Assembly: GCF_028641065.1 (NCBI RefSeq)
Contig: NC_073391.1
Coordinates: forward strand, 45,012,001 to 45,076,000
Direction of reading: 5' to 3'
DNA length: 64,000 nt
Origin: Leucoraja erinacea
Taxonomy: Eukaryota
Part shown: positions 24,833-37,895 of the stretch, piece after piece
How positions within the stretch are numbered: the first letter of the stretch is position 1
Layout: every line of letters starts with the position of its first letter
The notes under the pieces: generated by a model
Databases searched by the model: none
The model's input: the letters and a program-made list of their open reading frames with translations, nothing else
Told to the model about the DNA's origin: nothing
Made by a program: the position numbers and the translations under genes

Positions 24833-25903
24833 ATTTTTCGATACATCTCTGTGGAAATATTGTTCACACCCACCATCCAAGTTCTACACAAGATTACAAG
24901 ATGTACTCGCTAAGGCGGCCTCATAAAACAGAAAGTGCAAGGTGAGACCTCATAGGCAAATTACAGCATACGCCTTGCATTGCAAACAAGCTCACACAAT
25001 ACACGGTCTGCAAGTAGACAATGAAGGTAACTTATTTTGCACAAGAGCCATTCACCCTGTGTTTCACCTAAAGACGTTGCTGTCGTTTACAAGTAGGAAA
25101 CGTATTATTCAAAACGGTTGACGACCCGTATGTGCTTGTAGATGTTCGTCCATTGCAAGGGATAAAATAGTTAAGAGTCAAGAGTCAGGGTGATTAATGG
25201 CAATAATGGTGCAAAAACAAAGTGGATGTAATTCGGAGCTTATTTAAAGGTTGAAGCGTTTATTAACCCAACGGTTGTAGCAACGAAGCTGCCCATGAAC
25301 CTTGACGTTACAGTTTTCAGGCCCTTATCACTTATTTCCGATGGCAGGAGTGACAGTTCGAAAGGTACATGGACAGGACAGCTTTGGAGGGAGATGGACT
25401 AAACGCGCGCAGATGGGACTAGAATAAAGGGGAGGCCTTCTTAGAATAAAGGGGAGGCCATTTAAGACTGAGGTGAGAAAAAAACCTTTTTCACCCAGAG
25501 AGTTGTGAATTTATGGAATTCCCTGCCACAGAGGGCAGTGGAGGCCAAATCATTGGTTGGATTTAAGAGAGAGTTAGATAGAGCTCTCGGGGCTAGTGTA
25601 ATCAAGGGATATGGGGAGAAGGCAGGCACCGGTTATTGATTGGGGACAATCAGCCATGATCGCAGTGAATGGCGGTGCTGGTTCGAAGGGCCGAATGGCC
25701 TCCTCCTGCACTTATTTTCTATGTTTCTATGTTTTCTAGTGTAGCTGGGACATTTTCGCCGGCGTGGGCAAGTTAGGCCGAAGGGCCTGGTTCCACGCAG
25801 AATCACTCCATGACCCTTAATTTGGTTTGAAAATGAAAATATAGTTAGTTTGAAGTAAAAAAGCACTGCCTGCAAATGGTTGTTTGGGTTGAATTAAAAA
25901 GGC

Positions 25904-27115
25904 ACTCTCTCTCTCTCCTCCTCCTCTCCTCTCTCTCCCACATCTCTCTCCCCTATCCCTCTCTCATTTCTCTCCCTATCCCTCTATTTCTCTCTTCTCC
26001 CCCCCCCTCTCCTCTCCTCCTCTCCCCTCTCTCTCCTCTACCCCCCCTCTCCTCTCCCCCCTCTCTCTCCCTCTCCTCCCCCTCTCTCTCCTCTCCCCCC
26101 TCTCTCGTCTCCCACCCTCTCCCTCTCCCCCCTCTCTCCTCGCCCCCTCCCCCCCCTTCTCCTCTCCCCCTTGTCCTCTGTCCTCTCCCCCCTCTCCCCC
26201 TCTCCCCCCTACTCTCTCCCCTCCCCTCCCCCCCTACTCTCTCCCCCTCCTCTCACCCCGCCCTCCTCCCCCCCCTCCTCCTCCTCTCCCATTTCCCCCT
26301 CTCCCCCCCTCTCCCCCCGCTCTCCCCCTCTCCTCTCCCTCTCCATCTCCCTCTCCCCCCTCTCTCCCACCCTCCCTCTCCTCTCCCCCTCCCTGTCCTC
26401 TCCACCTCTCCTCTCCCCCCGCCCTCCTCTCCCCCCCTATCCTCTCCCCCCTCCCCCTCTCTCCCCCCTCCTCTCCTCTCCCCCTCATAACCCCCTCTCC
26501 ACTCCCTCCCTCCTTTACCCCCCATCTCCTCCTCTTTACCCCCCTCTCCTCTCCCCCTCTCCCCCTCTCCTCTGCCCCCTCCACCCCCCGCTCTCTATCT
26601 CCCCTATTTTTCCTCCCCTCCAACCCCTCCCTCACCGTCCCTCCCCTAAACCCCCCTCCCCTCCACACACCCCTACCCCCTTCCCTCCACCCTCCCTCCC
26701 CCCCTCCCTGCTCCCCACCTCTCCCCCTCCCCTCATCTCACCCCACTCTCAGCACACCCTCTCTCTCCCCCCCTCCACCCCCTCTCTNNNNNNNNNNNNN
26801 NNNNNNNNNNNNNNNNNNNNNNNNNNNNNNNNNNNNNNNNNNNNNNNNNNNNNNNNNNNNNNNNNNNNNNNNNNNNNNNNNNNNNNNNNNNNNNNNNNNN
26901 NNNNNNNNNNNNNNNNNNNNNNNNNTCCACACCCCCTACCCTCTTCCCTCCATCCTCCACCCTCCCCCCTCCCTCCCCCTCCCTGCTCCCCCACCTCTCC
27001 CCCTCACCCCCCTCTCAGCACACCTTCTCTCTCGCCCTCACTATCTCTCTCCTCCCCTCCTCCCCCACCTTTCCCCCCTCACCCACCCTCCCTCTTATCC
27101 TCCTCTCCACCCCTA
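25904..27115 (+). repeat. Polypyrimidine (CT-rich) low-complexity tract containing an assembly gap (26788-26925)
   Basis: Almost entirely C/T; the paralogous tract is at 36784-37135. Confidence 0.95.
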
Positions 27116-27544
27116 AGGAATGGGATAGTTGTCAGCTGTCAGTTGGACAAAATTAGGACATTTTATTATTTTCCAAAATATATTTCTCAATGTTTCTTGT
27201 TTAAAGCCTGCACATGCACATTCACCCAAACTACTTACTTATTTATTTATTTATCATCTAATAACAGACAAGCCTGCAGCATGGAATGTATTCGATGATA
27301 AATAAATAAATAAATAAATAAATAGTTTGGGTGAATGTGCATGTGCAGGAACTGCCGAAGTCGATCTCCAGCAAAGGTCGCCAGCTCCGCGATGTTAGGC
27401 CGCAGTGCGGAAAAAGATACGATACGGAAAAAAATCGCATCTCCGTCAAGGTGAGGGATTAAAATAAGTTTCCAACTCTTAGCTACCTGCCCATAATCCA
27501 CATCCTTCCAATCCCGGTCGACCTACCTGCCCATCCAAAACTCT

Positions 27545-28910
27545 GATAGAAACATGGAAACAAATACAAATAGCTGCAGAAGTAGGCCATACGGCCCTTC
27601 GAGCCAGCACCGCCATTCCATAAGATCATGGCAGAACATCCAAAATCAGTACCCGTTCCTGCTTTTTCCCCCAAATCCCTTGCTTCCTTTGTCCTAAGAG
27701 ATAAATCTCTCTCTCTCTCTTAAAAACACCCAGTGAATTGGCGTCCACTGCCTTCTGTTTCAGAGAATTCCACAGACTCACAACTTTCTCGGTGAAAAGT
27801 TTTTCCTCATCTCAGTCCTAAATGGCCCACCCCTTATTCTTAAACTGTGACCCCCGGTTCTGGACTCCCCCAACATCGGGAACAGTTTTCCTGCATCTCG
27901 CCTGTCCGATCCCCTAAGAATGTTACATGTTTCTATAATTTATCCTCCCTTCCTTCTAAATTCCAGTGAATACCAGCCTAGTCGACCCTCCTTTCATCAT
28001 ATGTCAGTCCCGCCATCCGCGAATTAACCTGGTGAACCTACGCTGCACTCCCTCAATGGCAATAATTAGAAGACCAAAATTGCACACAATATTTCACTCT
28101 AGATGCGGACCTCTTTGCTCCAAAATTCAAATCCCCTCGCATTGAAGGCCAACGTGCCATTAGCTTTCCCCGCTTCCAGCAGTACCTTCATGCTTACTTT
28201 CAGTGACTGGTGTACAAGCACACCCGGTCTCATTGCACCTCCCCTTTTCCTAATCTGGCACCATTCAGATATTCCTTAGTGAAGACAGAACCAAAGCAGT
28301 TATTCAATTGGTCTGCCATGTCTTTGTTCCCCATGATCAACTCACCTGTTTCTGACTGCAAGGGACCTACATTTGTTTTAACTAATCTTTTTCTCTTCAT
28401 ATATCTATAAAAAAAATTGCAGTCAGTTTTTATGTTCCCTGCCAGTTTTCTTTCATAATCTATTTTCCCCATTCCTAATTAAGCCCTTTGTCCTCCTCTG
28501 CTGGACTCTGAATTTCTCCCAGTCCTCTGCTAGGCTGCTTTTTCTGTCTAATTTGAATGCTTCAATTTGGTTTTGATACCATCCCTGTTTATTTCCCTTG
28601 TTATCCACGGATGCACTACCTTCCCTGATTTATTATTTTGCCAAACTGGGATGAACAATTGTTGTTGTTCATTCATGCAGTCTTTAAATGCCTTCCATTG
28701 CATATCCACCGTCAACCCTTTAAGAATCAACTGCCAGTCTATCTTGGCCAATTCACGTCTAATACCCTCAAAGTTACATTTCTTTAAGTTCAGGACCCTT
28801 GTTTCTGAATTAACAATGTCACTCTCCATCCCAATGAAGAACTAAACCATATTATGGTCACTCTTGCCCAAGAGGCCACGCACAACAAGACTGCTAACTA
28901 ACCCTTCCTC
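27545..28910 (-). mobile_element. Rearranged CR1 fragments (duplicated at about 42775-43935)
   Basis: FYRYMKRKRLVKTNVGPL, LNNCFGSVFTKE and PWITREI motifs. Confidence 0.85.
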
Positions 28911-28947
28911 ATTATGCGTGGTATGTTAGGCGACATTAGGCGAGTGG

Positions 28948-29596
28948 TATGTTAGCTTTCATTGCAAAAGGATTTGAGTATAGGAGCAGGGAGGTTCTAC
29001 TGCAGTTGTACAGGGTCTTGGTGAGACCACACCTGGAGTATTGCGTACAGTTTTGGTCTCCAAATCTGAGGAAGGACATTATTGCCATAGAGGGAGTGCA
29101 GAGACGGTTCACCAGACTGATTCCTGGGATGGCAGGACTGTCTTATGAGGAAAGACTGGATAGACTTGGTTTATACTCTCTAGAATTTAGGAGATTGAGA
29201 GGGGATCTTATAGAAACTTACAAAATTCTTAAGGGGTTGGACAGGCTAGATGCAGGAAGATTGTTCCCAATGTTAGGGAAGTCCAGGACAAGGGGTCACA
29301 GCTTAAGGATAAGGGGGAAGTCCTTTAATACCGAGATGAGAAGAATTTTTTTCACACAGAGAGTAGTGAATCTCTGGAACTCTCTGCCACAGAGGGTAGT
29401 TGAGGCCAGTTCATTGGCTATATTTAAGAGGGAGTTAGATGTGGCCCTTGTGGCTAAGGGAATCAGGGGGTATGGAGAGAAGGCAGGTACGGGATACTGA
29501 GTTGGATGATCAGCCATGATCATATTGAATGGCGGTGCAGGCTCGAAGGGCCGAATGGCCTATTCCTGCACCTAATTTCTATGTTTCTATGTTTCT
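28948..29596 (+). mobile_element. Young CR1 LINE 3' fragment inserted into an older minus-strand CR1
   Basis: Uninterrupted 183-aa CR1 C-terminal ORF and a TTTCTATG tail; older CR1 endonuclease sequence (IMGDFNL) resumes at 29597. Confidence 0.92.
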
Positions 29597-30152
29597 ATTA
29601 CTCAATACCCAATCTAGAATAGCCTGCTCTCTCGTTGGTTCCTCTACATGTTGGTTTAGAAAACTATCCCGCATACATTCTAAGAAATCCTCTTCCTCAG
29701 CTCCCTTGCCAATTTGATTCACCCAATCTATATGTAGATTGAAGTCACCCATTATAACCTTTGTTGCACGTATTTCTAATTTCCTGTTTGAGGCCATCCC
29801 CAACTCCACTACTACTGTTGGGTGGCCTGTACACAACTCCCACTAGCGTTTTCTGCCCCTTGGTGTCTCGCAGCTCTACTCATATCGATTCCACATCCTC
29901 CAAGCTAGCGTCCTTCCTTTCTGTTGCGTTAATTTCATCTCTAAATAGCAACGCTACCCCACCTCCTTTTTTTAACAGAATCCCGCGGTCTAGGCATAAG
30001 CTTAGGGGCGACCGCGTCTTTGTGATTGCAGCTCCTAGACTGTGGAACAGCATCCTCCTTCCCATCAGAACTGCCTCCTCCATCGACTCCTTTAAGTCAA
30101 GACTCAAACTTTATCTATACTCCCAAGCCTGGATGGATTTAAGAGATAGCAA

Positions 30153-30408
30153 TGCCCCTGTCTCACTTAGGAAACCTGAACGGAAACCTCTGGAGACTTT
30201 GCGACCCCCCCCCCCCCCCCCCCCCCCCCCCTCCCCCCCGCCAAGGTTTCCGTGCGGTTCCCGGAGGTTTTTGTCAGTCTCCTACTTGCTTCCACTACCT
30301 GCAACCTCCGGCAACCACCTGCAACCTCCGGGAACCGCACGGAAAGCTTGGGTGGGGCTCAAAGCATCCAGAGGTTTCCGTTCAGGTTTCATAAGTGGGA
30401 CAAGGGCA
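30153..30408. mobile_element. PIF/Harbinger-type MITE inside a CR1 fragment
   Basis: Same TIRs as 20642-20867. Confidence 0.8.
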
Positions 30409-30905
30409 TTAAATAGAGCTCTAGATCCTAGTGGAGTCAAGGGATATGGGGAGAAGGCAGGCATGGGTTATTGATAGGGAACGATCAGCCATGATCACAA
30501 TGAATGGAGGTGCTGGCTCGAAGGGCCAAATGGCCTCCTCCTGCACCTATTTTCTATGTTTCTATGTTTCTATGTAATGAACAGACGTCTCCTCTCTTTT
30601 AATCTCCCCTTTCGCGCCCTTGCACTTCTAAACTGCTCTTTCTCTGTCACCCTAACACTATATTCACCACTCGGTATACTCTTTCTTTCGTGTACCCTGA
30701 TGTACCCGTCTATGCTGCAATTTGCCTGGAATGCACGCAAACACAGTTTTCAATGTATCTCGATACAGGTGACAATAATAAACCAACACACATCCCAATT
30801 ATTTATCGGCCATTTATCGTCCAATACCAATACATTAGATAATGCCAGATCGATGGTCGTTGGATAACAAGATTTCTTCGCACGATTAGCCAAAGTTGAG
30901 ATTTA

Positions 30906-31141
30906 TGCCCCTGTCCCACTTAGGGAACCTGAACGGAAACCTCTGGAGACTTTGCGCCCCACCCAAGGTTTCCATGCTGTTCCCGGAGGTTCCCGGAGGT
31001 TCCGGGAGGTTTCTGTCAGTCTACCTACCTGCTTCCACTACCTGCAACCTCCGGCAACCTCTGGGAACCGCACGGAAACCTTGGGTGGGGCGCAAAGTCT
31101 CCAGAGGTTTCCGTTCAGGTTTCCTAAGTGGGACAGGGGCA
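30906..31141. mobile_element. PIF/Harbinger-type MITE, TTA TSD
   Basis: Duplicated counterpart of 20642-20867. Confidence 0.85.
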
Positions 31142-31154
31142 TTAAAGGTTGCCC

Positions 31155-32062
31155 TCATCTTACTAATGTAGTAATTCGATTCCAAAGATACAGTGCAGCA
31201 TTTTTAATTTCCTTCCTGAATTTACTCTGGGTGACTACATAAATGCAGGTGTTGGTGCAAGAGCTCAGAAGCTGAAGCATGTTTCCACTTTCCTGGCGAA
31301 TGAACCTTGGGTCGTTGAAATTAGAACCGCTGAAATAGGGTTCCTTTGAAATTTCCACGTAGAGGAAATCAACAACGTACGTCATCCACAACAGGATGAA
31401 ACTGCCCGAGATGAGAAAGAGCAAAACGATGGACTTTCTCCGACTGTCCATCTCTGCGTCGCGCTGCTTTTCTCCGTGACTCTGGGACACGAGTTTTTTG
31501 CGGCCTCTACTCGCCACGACAATGTGTCTGACCGTCAGAATATTAAAGATTAAAATCAGGACGAACGGGAGTCCTGGGTTTAAAATGCGTGCGAACCAAT
31601 CATACATTGTCCAGGCGAGGGATATGCTGTAGATTGGTTTTCTGGTGCAAAACCACGGTTGGTTGTCAATGATGTAGAGTGGTTCGTAGATGAAGTACCA
31701 AGGGACGCTTTTCAAACAGCTCAACACACAGATTGTCCCAATGACCGCCGCCGCCGTTCTCTCTGTGCAATATGTACTCCTCAGCTTCTGGCAACAAATG
31801 GCCACGAAACGATCAAAGGTGAATGCGACCGTCAACCAGACCGAACTCTCGATGGCTGCATAAATTGCAACAGTGCTGAGAGTACAAGCTGGGGTTAAGG
31901 ACATAAAACTAAATGGGAAATAAATGCCAACAATCCGGTTGAATATAACAGCAGTGATAACGACCAGTAGATCCGTCACCGCCATGGACAACAGATACCG
32001 ACTGATGCACTTGGAGAGACCGCATCTTCCTCTGAACAGGATTACAATCGCCACCACATTCA
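31155..32062 (-). CDS. GPR139-like: GPR139/142-like GPCR gene B, exon 2 (325 aa with exon 1)
   Basis: Near-identical paralog of A (6 aa differences counted); intact 7TM ORF. Confidence 0.92.
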
Positions 32063-33952
32063 CTGATGGAAAATAAATTTAAAATTAATAGACGTGTTAT
32101 CGTATTTATTTTAGTTTAGCCCAGTTGAGTTTAGTCTATTGTCACGTGCACCAAAGTACAGTGAACCCCTTTTTGTTGCGTGTAACCAGTCCACTGAAAG
32201 ACAATACAAGATTCGGCTCGAAAGACCGAATGGCCTCCTCTTGCACCTATTGTCTATTGTCATGATGAAAAACGAGCCATCCACAGTGGTTCGAAACTTA
32301 TAGAAACTTACAAATTTATTAAGGGGATGGATAGGCTAGATGCAGGAAGATTATTCCCGATGTTGGGGAAGTCTAGAACAAGGGGTCACAGTTTAATGAT
32401 AAGGGGGAAATCTTTTAGAACCGAGATGAGAAAATCATTTTTTACACACACAGTGGTGAATCTGTGGAATTATCTGGCACAGTAGGTAGTTGAGGCCAGT
32501 TCATTGGCTATATTTAAGAGGGTGTTAAATGTGGCCTTTGTGGCTAAAGGGATCAGGGGGTATGGAGAGAAGGCAGGGACAGGATACTGAGTTGGATGAT
32601 CAGCCATGATCATATTGAATGGCGGTGCAGGCTCGAAGGGCCGAATGGCCTACTCCTGCGCCTATTTTCTACGTTTCTATGGATATTCAAACTATCAGCC
32701 GAATGTTTTAAAGTTCTTACAGATAATAGTTTTATAGATTGAGAGCAAAGCGAAAATAAATAGTTCCCGGTATAATTTTCTGTCACGAATTTACCCGGAA
32801 TATTTAGCTCTCAATGTAAAGGCAAGGACACGAGTGCGAAGGATTTGAAGGTATCGCGAAAATCCATTGAATGTTAGTCGGTATCTATTAGCGAACAATT
32901 TTCCCTTTGAGGGGACAATGCAATGAAAATCTAGGTCTCTTCCACTATGGCTGTCAATCTGTACTGCGGCCTTTCCAGTAACGGTACAAACACAATGTAC
33001 CAGTTTCCCTTTACATTGAAGTGTATTGAGCCTTGACGCATAAGGTATAGCAAGGTAGTGGTGCCACAAATACGATACTGATAAGATATTGAACCGCAAG
33101 GTACAAAGTCGCCCCAAACTAACCATCAAGTTGCAGAACACAATTTATATTTATCTGTATGCACGCTCAAACAATAAACACAATATCGGCGTTAACTTGG
33201 ATGTGTTAAAGAAAATGATCAGAGAACAACCTTTACAGTAAATATCCGTAAAGTAAAACGATCAAGAATGTTCTCCAAGACCCATGAGAGATTGTAGCAT
33301 CTTCTGAAAACAAATAAGAAGCTCTGGCCCAAGGCCGATTAAAATGAAGACGTTATGCGTGGTAGGAGAGCCCATTAGTCTCGTCCGGTAAAGCAAAGAT
33401 AATCTGTGGCAAAGAGAAGTCCGAAAGTAAGCATGACCTCGCACACCATCCAGCCACCACTGTTGTTCGATAGGGATCTCCTGGTCTGTTGAATCGCTCT
33501 GCGACTTTGGACCATTGACATCGTCCACGTAGATCGGGTAAATTGTGGCTTGGAGTGATGGCATACAATCTATGATTACGAATTTGCAGTTGAATTTGCA
33601 TCTTCCCGATTAGCAATCGTTGTGAAATGAATAGAAATACATTTCGGGAAAAGGCATCTCAGGTTGCAAGACCGACATTAATCATTTTGTATCATCACTG
33701 AGGGTCAGGATTTGTGCAAGCTGGCGTGGTTGATTTCAGCAAGTCCGACAGGAGACCTCTCATCAAAGCCTCACATTTTATAAGTAGTTACCAAAAGTTT
33801 CGTTTCGTGACAAATTCTGAAAATGAACCATTGCAGCTTGCTTACCGAGGTAGAAACACACAGAGAGATATGTGCCACCTTGTTAATTGTCAGAAAAACA
33901 GCAATTGATTAAACATCGATATATCACTCGCTGATTTAGTACAACGGCTTAC

Positions 33953-34022
33953 CCGGAACGCCGATGGCTGCAAGAAGTGGGTAATAAATAGCATAAACTG
34001 GACCCGTTATTCTGTCGTGCAT
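33953..34022 (-). CDS. GPR139-like: GPCR gene B exon 1 (MHDRITGPVYAIYYPLLAAIGVP)
   Basis: 70 nt; G|GTAAGC donor. Confidence 0.88.
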
Positions 34023-35719
34023 TGTTCATGAGATGGGTTGGTTTATCCTGAAGGTATTCCGGAGTGCAATTTTGCCACAACCGACCTCTCAGTTTTACGT
34101 GGCGGGAATCCACAGAGATTCAATTAGATGAACGATGATTCAATTTCTTAAAGGAATAAAATTGACACACGTTCCCTGTGCTCATTTTGTTTTCCAGTCA
34201 TTGGCCATCGAGGCGAAACAACCGCAGTTGGGTGAGATATAGTTGAGGAGAGAATTGAAGCAACAGAGTAGAGGTGGTTACGTGTTTTTGTCCTGTGTCG
34301 CAACATTGTAAATCTAATTTGCACAAAACGAAATGCACTTACATAATACACGGAGGACTCATTCAACGCACGGTGGATTCACAACATAGAAACATGTCCC
34401 ACACTGCCATCAATGCCATCCACATTTTCCCCTTTCCATTGCGAACGTTAGATCAGTGTAACGCTGATACAATGAAAGTCTTGTTTTCAGCAGCATAACA
34501 GGCACCCAGACCCAGATAGAAACATAGAAAATAGGTGCAGGAGTAGGCCATTCGGCCCTTCGAGCCTGCACCGCCATTCAATATGATCATGGCTGATCAT
34601 CCAGCTCAGTATCCTGTACCTGCCTTCTCTCCATACCCCCTGATACATTTAGCCACAAGGGCCACATCTGACTCCCTCTTAAATATCGGTCCTTAAAGAT
34701 TTCCCCTCATCCTTAAACCGTGACCCCTTGTTCTGGACTTCCCCAACATCAGGAACAATCTTCCTGCATCCAGCCTGTCCAACCCCTTAAGAATGTTGTG
34801 AGTTTCTATAAGAACCCCCCTCAATCTTCTAAATTCTAGCGAGTACAAGCCGAGTCTATCCAGTCTTTCTTCATATGAAAATCCTGACATCCCACGAATC
34901 AGTCTGGTGAACCCTTTCTGTACTCCCTCTATGGCAAGAATGTCTTTCCTCAGATTAGGAGACAAAAACTGTACGCAATACTCCAGGTATGGTCTCTCCA
35001 AGACCCTGTACAACTGCAACATTTTTCGATACATCTCTGTAGAAATATTGTTCACACCCACCATCCAAGTTCTACACAAGATTACAAGATGTACTCGCTA
35101 AGGCGGTCTCATAAAACAGAAAGTGCAAGATGAGACCTCATAGGCAAATTACAGCATACGCCTTGCATTGCAAACAAGCTCACACAATACACGGTCTGCA
35201 AGTAGAAAATGAAGGTAACTTATTTTGCACAAGAGCCATTCACCCTGTGTTTCACCTAAAGACGTTGCTGTCGTTTACAAGTAGGAAACGTATTCTTCAA
35301 AACGGTTGACGACCCGTATGTGCTTGTAGATGTTCGTCCATTGCAAAGGATAAAATAGTTAAGAGTCAAGAGTCAGGGTGATTAATGGCAATAACGGTGC
35401 AAAAACAAAAGTGGATGTAGTTCGGAGCTTATTTGAACGTTGTAGCGTTTATTAACCCAACGGTTGTAGCAACGAAGCTACCCATGAACCTTGACGTTAC
35501 AGTTTTCAGGCTCGTATCACTTATTTCCGATGGCAGGAGTGACATGAGAGTGTGGCCAGACTGGTGTGGGCTACTGATGATGCTGGTTGCCTTTTTGAGG
35601 CAGCGACTCTTGTACATCCCTTTGATGGTGGTGATGGTGTGTGTGTGGGTGTGTGTGTGGTGGGGGGGGGGGGGTTTATTACCTGTGATGGACAGAGCTG
35701 TCTTCACCATTCTTACCAC

Positions 35720-35866
35720 CAAAGATTATAGAGCAGAGTCCGGCCCCGCTACCAAAGATGTCGCGTTTGGCATAAACAAATGGCGGCCGTGACGTTCCTC
35801 TTAGTACTACACGTCAGTCCATTGGATTTCGGAGGAGTGGTCTATCTTGTTCCTCTAGGATCTTTG
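35720..35866. mobile_element. hAT-type MITE
   Basis: 8-bp TSD CTTACCAC (35712-35719 and 35867-35874); imperfect TIRs CAAAGAT..ATCTTTG. Confidence 0.7.
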
Positions 35867-36782
35867 CTTACCACTCTTTGCAATATTCTTCGATATTAGG
35901 CGTTGGAGTTGCTGACCCGAGCCATTTTGTAATGGTTTGCAGTCCATTGAAAAGATAAGCATTACGGTTTTTTTAGACATTTGTACCAGGAAGATTGATC
36001 AAAAGTGCTGAACTAAACTATCTTTTTGAGGTATACAAAATCATGACAGGAATAGATCGGGTAGATGCACAGAGTCTCTTGCCCAGAGTATGTGAATCGA
36101 GGACCAGAGGGCATAGGTATAAGGTGAAGGGGATAAGAATCTGAGGGGTAGCTTTTTCACACAAAGAGTGGTGGGTGTATGGAACAAGCTGCCAGAGGAG
36201 GTAGTTGCTGCTGGGACTATTCCAACCTTTAAGAAACTGTTCGAAAGGTACATGGACAGGACAGCTTTGGAGGGAGGTGGACTAAACGCGCGCAGATGGG
36301 ACTAGAATAAAGGGGAGGCCTTCTTAGAATAAAGGGGAGGCCATTTAAGACTGAGGTGAGAAAAAACCTTTTTCACCCAGAGAGCTGTGAATTTATGGAA
36401 TTCCCTGCCACAGAGGGCATTGGAGGCCAAATCATTGGTTGGATTTAAGAGAGAGTTAGATAGAGCTCTCGGGGCTAGTGTAATCAAGGGATATGGGGAG
36501 AAGGCAGGCACCGGTTATTGATTGGGGACAATCAGCCATGATCGCAGTGAATGGCGGTGCTGGCTCGAAGGGCCGAATGGCATCCTCCTGCACTTATTTT
36601 CTATGTTTCTATGTTTTCTAGTGTAGCTGGGGCATTTTGGCCGGCGTGGGCAAGTTAGGCCGAAGGGCCTGGTTCCACGCAGAATCACTCCATGATCCTT
36701 AATTTGGTTTAAAAATGAAAATATAGTTAGTTTGAAGTAAAACAGCACTGCCTGCAAATGGTTGTTTCGGTTGAATTAAAAA

Positions 36783-36783
<1 letters not shown>

Positions 36784-36815
<32 letters not shown>

Positions 36816-37135
36816 CACATCTCTCTCCCTATCCCTCTCTCATTCTCTCTCTCTCTCTCTCTCCCCTTCTTCCTCTCCCTCTCCCCTCTCCTCCCCCCCC
36901 CCTCTCTCTCTCTCCCCCTCTCCTCCTCTCCCATCTCTCGTCTCTCCCCTCTCCCTCCTCCTCTCCCCCCCCCCTCTCCTCTCTCCGCTCCCCCCTCTCT
37001 CCTCACCCCCCTCTCTCCTCTACCCCCCCTCTCTCTCTCTCTCTCTCCTCTCTCCCCCCCTCTCTCCTCTCCCACCCTCTCTCCTCTCCCCCCTCTCTCC
37101 TCTCCCCCTCCCCCACCCCCCCTCTCCCCCCCCTC
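36784..37135 (+). repeat. CT-rich low-complexity tract
   Basis: Composition. Confidence 0.95.
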
Positions 37136-37895
37136 AAATTGTATTAATCATTATGGCAAAAGCCCCGGATTTCAATTGTATTCATAAAGTGCGGTGATGC
37201 AGAAATGTGAGCTGCCCAAAAATATATGACGTTGGCTCTGTAGGTGACCAGCAGGGAGATGTGAAACTTTAGCCACCACTCCATTAGGATCACCTATCAG
37301 TCAAATGGTATATTCTCTCTATTTACGGTGGTCAGCCCTCATTTTGTTGGGTTATTTCTGTTCTTGAAAAACTCAGATATCAGAGTTTTCAAATATTTAT
37401 TTATTAGTACGCATTGGCCATTTCTCAGTAATTGGGGCGTTATGTAATTGACACAGGAAGCAGACTGCCGAATTAGGATAATATTTTACTAAATCGGTAT
37501 CATCATCATTAAGATAGAGGGCGAATAGTAAAAATGTTTCATAAAACATTAAATATTACCCTTAGGTGGAGGATTGGAGAAAATGGAGGAGAACCGGCCA
37601 TTTTTGTGCCTTCCATCACAGTAATGAATGCTGTGGTGGATGTTTGTGTTCAAATTTTTATTGTGTATTTGAGTGTTCTTTATCGTTGTACCACTGCTGA
37701 CAAATTCATTTCACTTGCACTTTATGTGCAATGTGACGAATAAAACCGTATTGTATTGAATTGTATTAGGAGTGAAAAACGGATTCGAAGAAAGTATCTG
37801 GGATTCAAAACTGTTAATTCGTTACATCGCTCGTTAACTTCATGCGATTCAATAGATTCAATTGAACATTTTTTCATTCTTTATTTTTATATTTA

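Larger units (their letters stand above)
20281..30130 (+). repeat. Segmental tandem duplication, copy 1
   Basis: 20455-25900 aligns with 30720-36780 (offset 10274 across the GPCR gene); 27349-28710 aligns with 42577-43935. Confidence 0.9.

Noticed and set aside
25876-27298. Long Pro/Ser/Leu-rich ORFs (also 36758-37147)
   Set aside because: These are translations of CT low-complexity DNA; the longest also spans an N gap.
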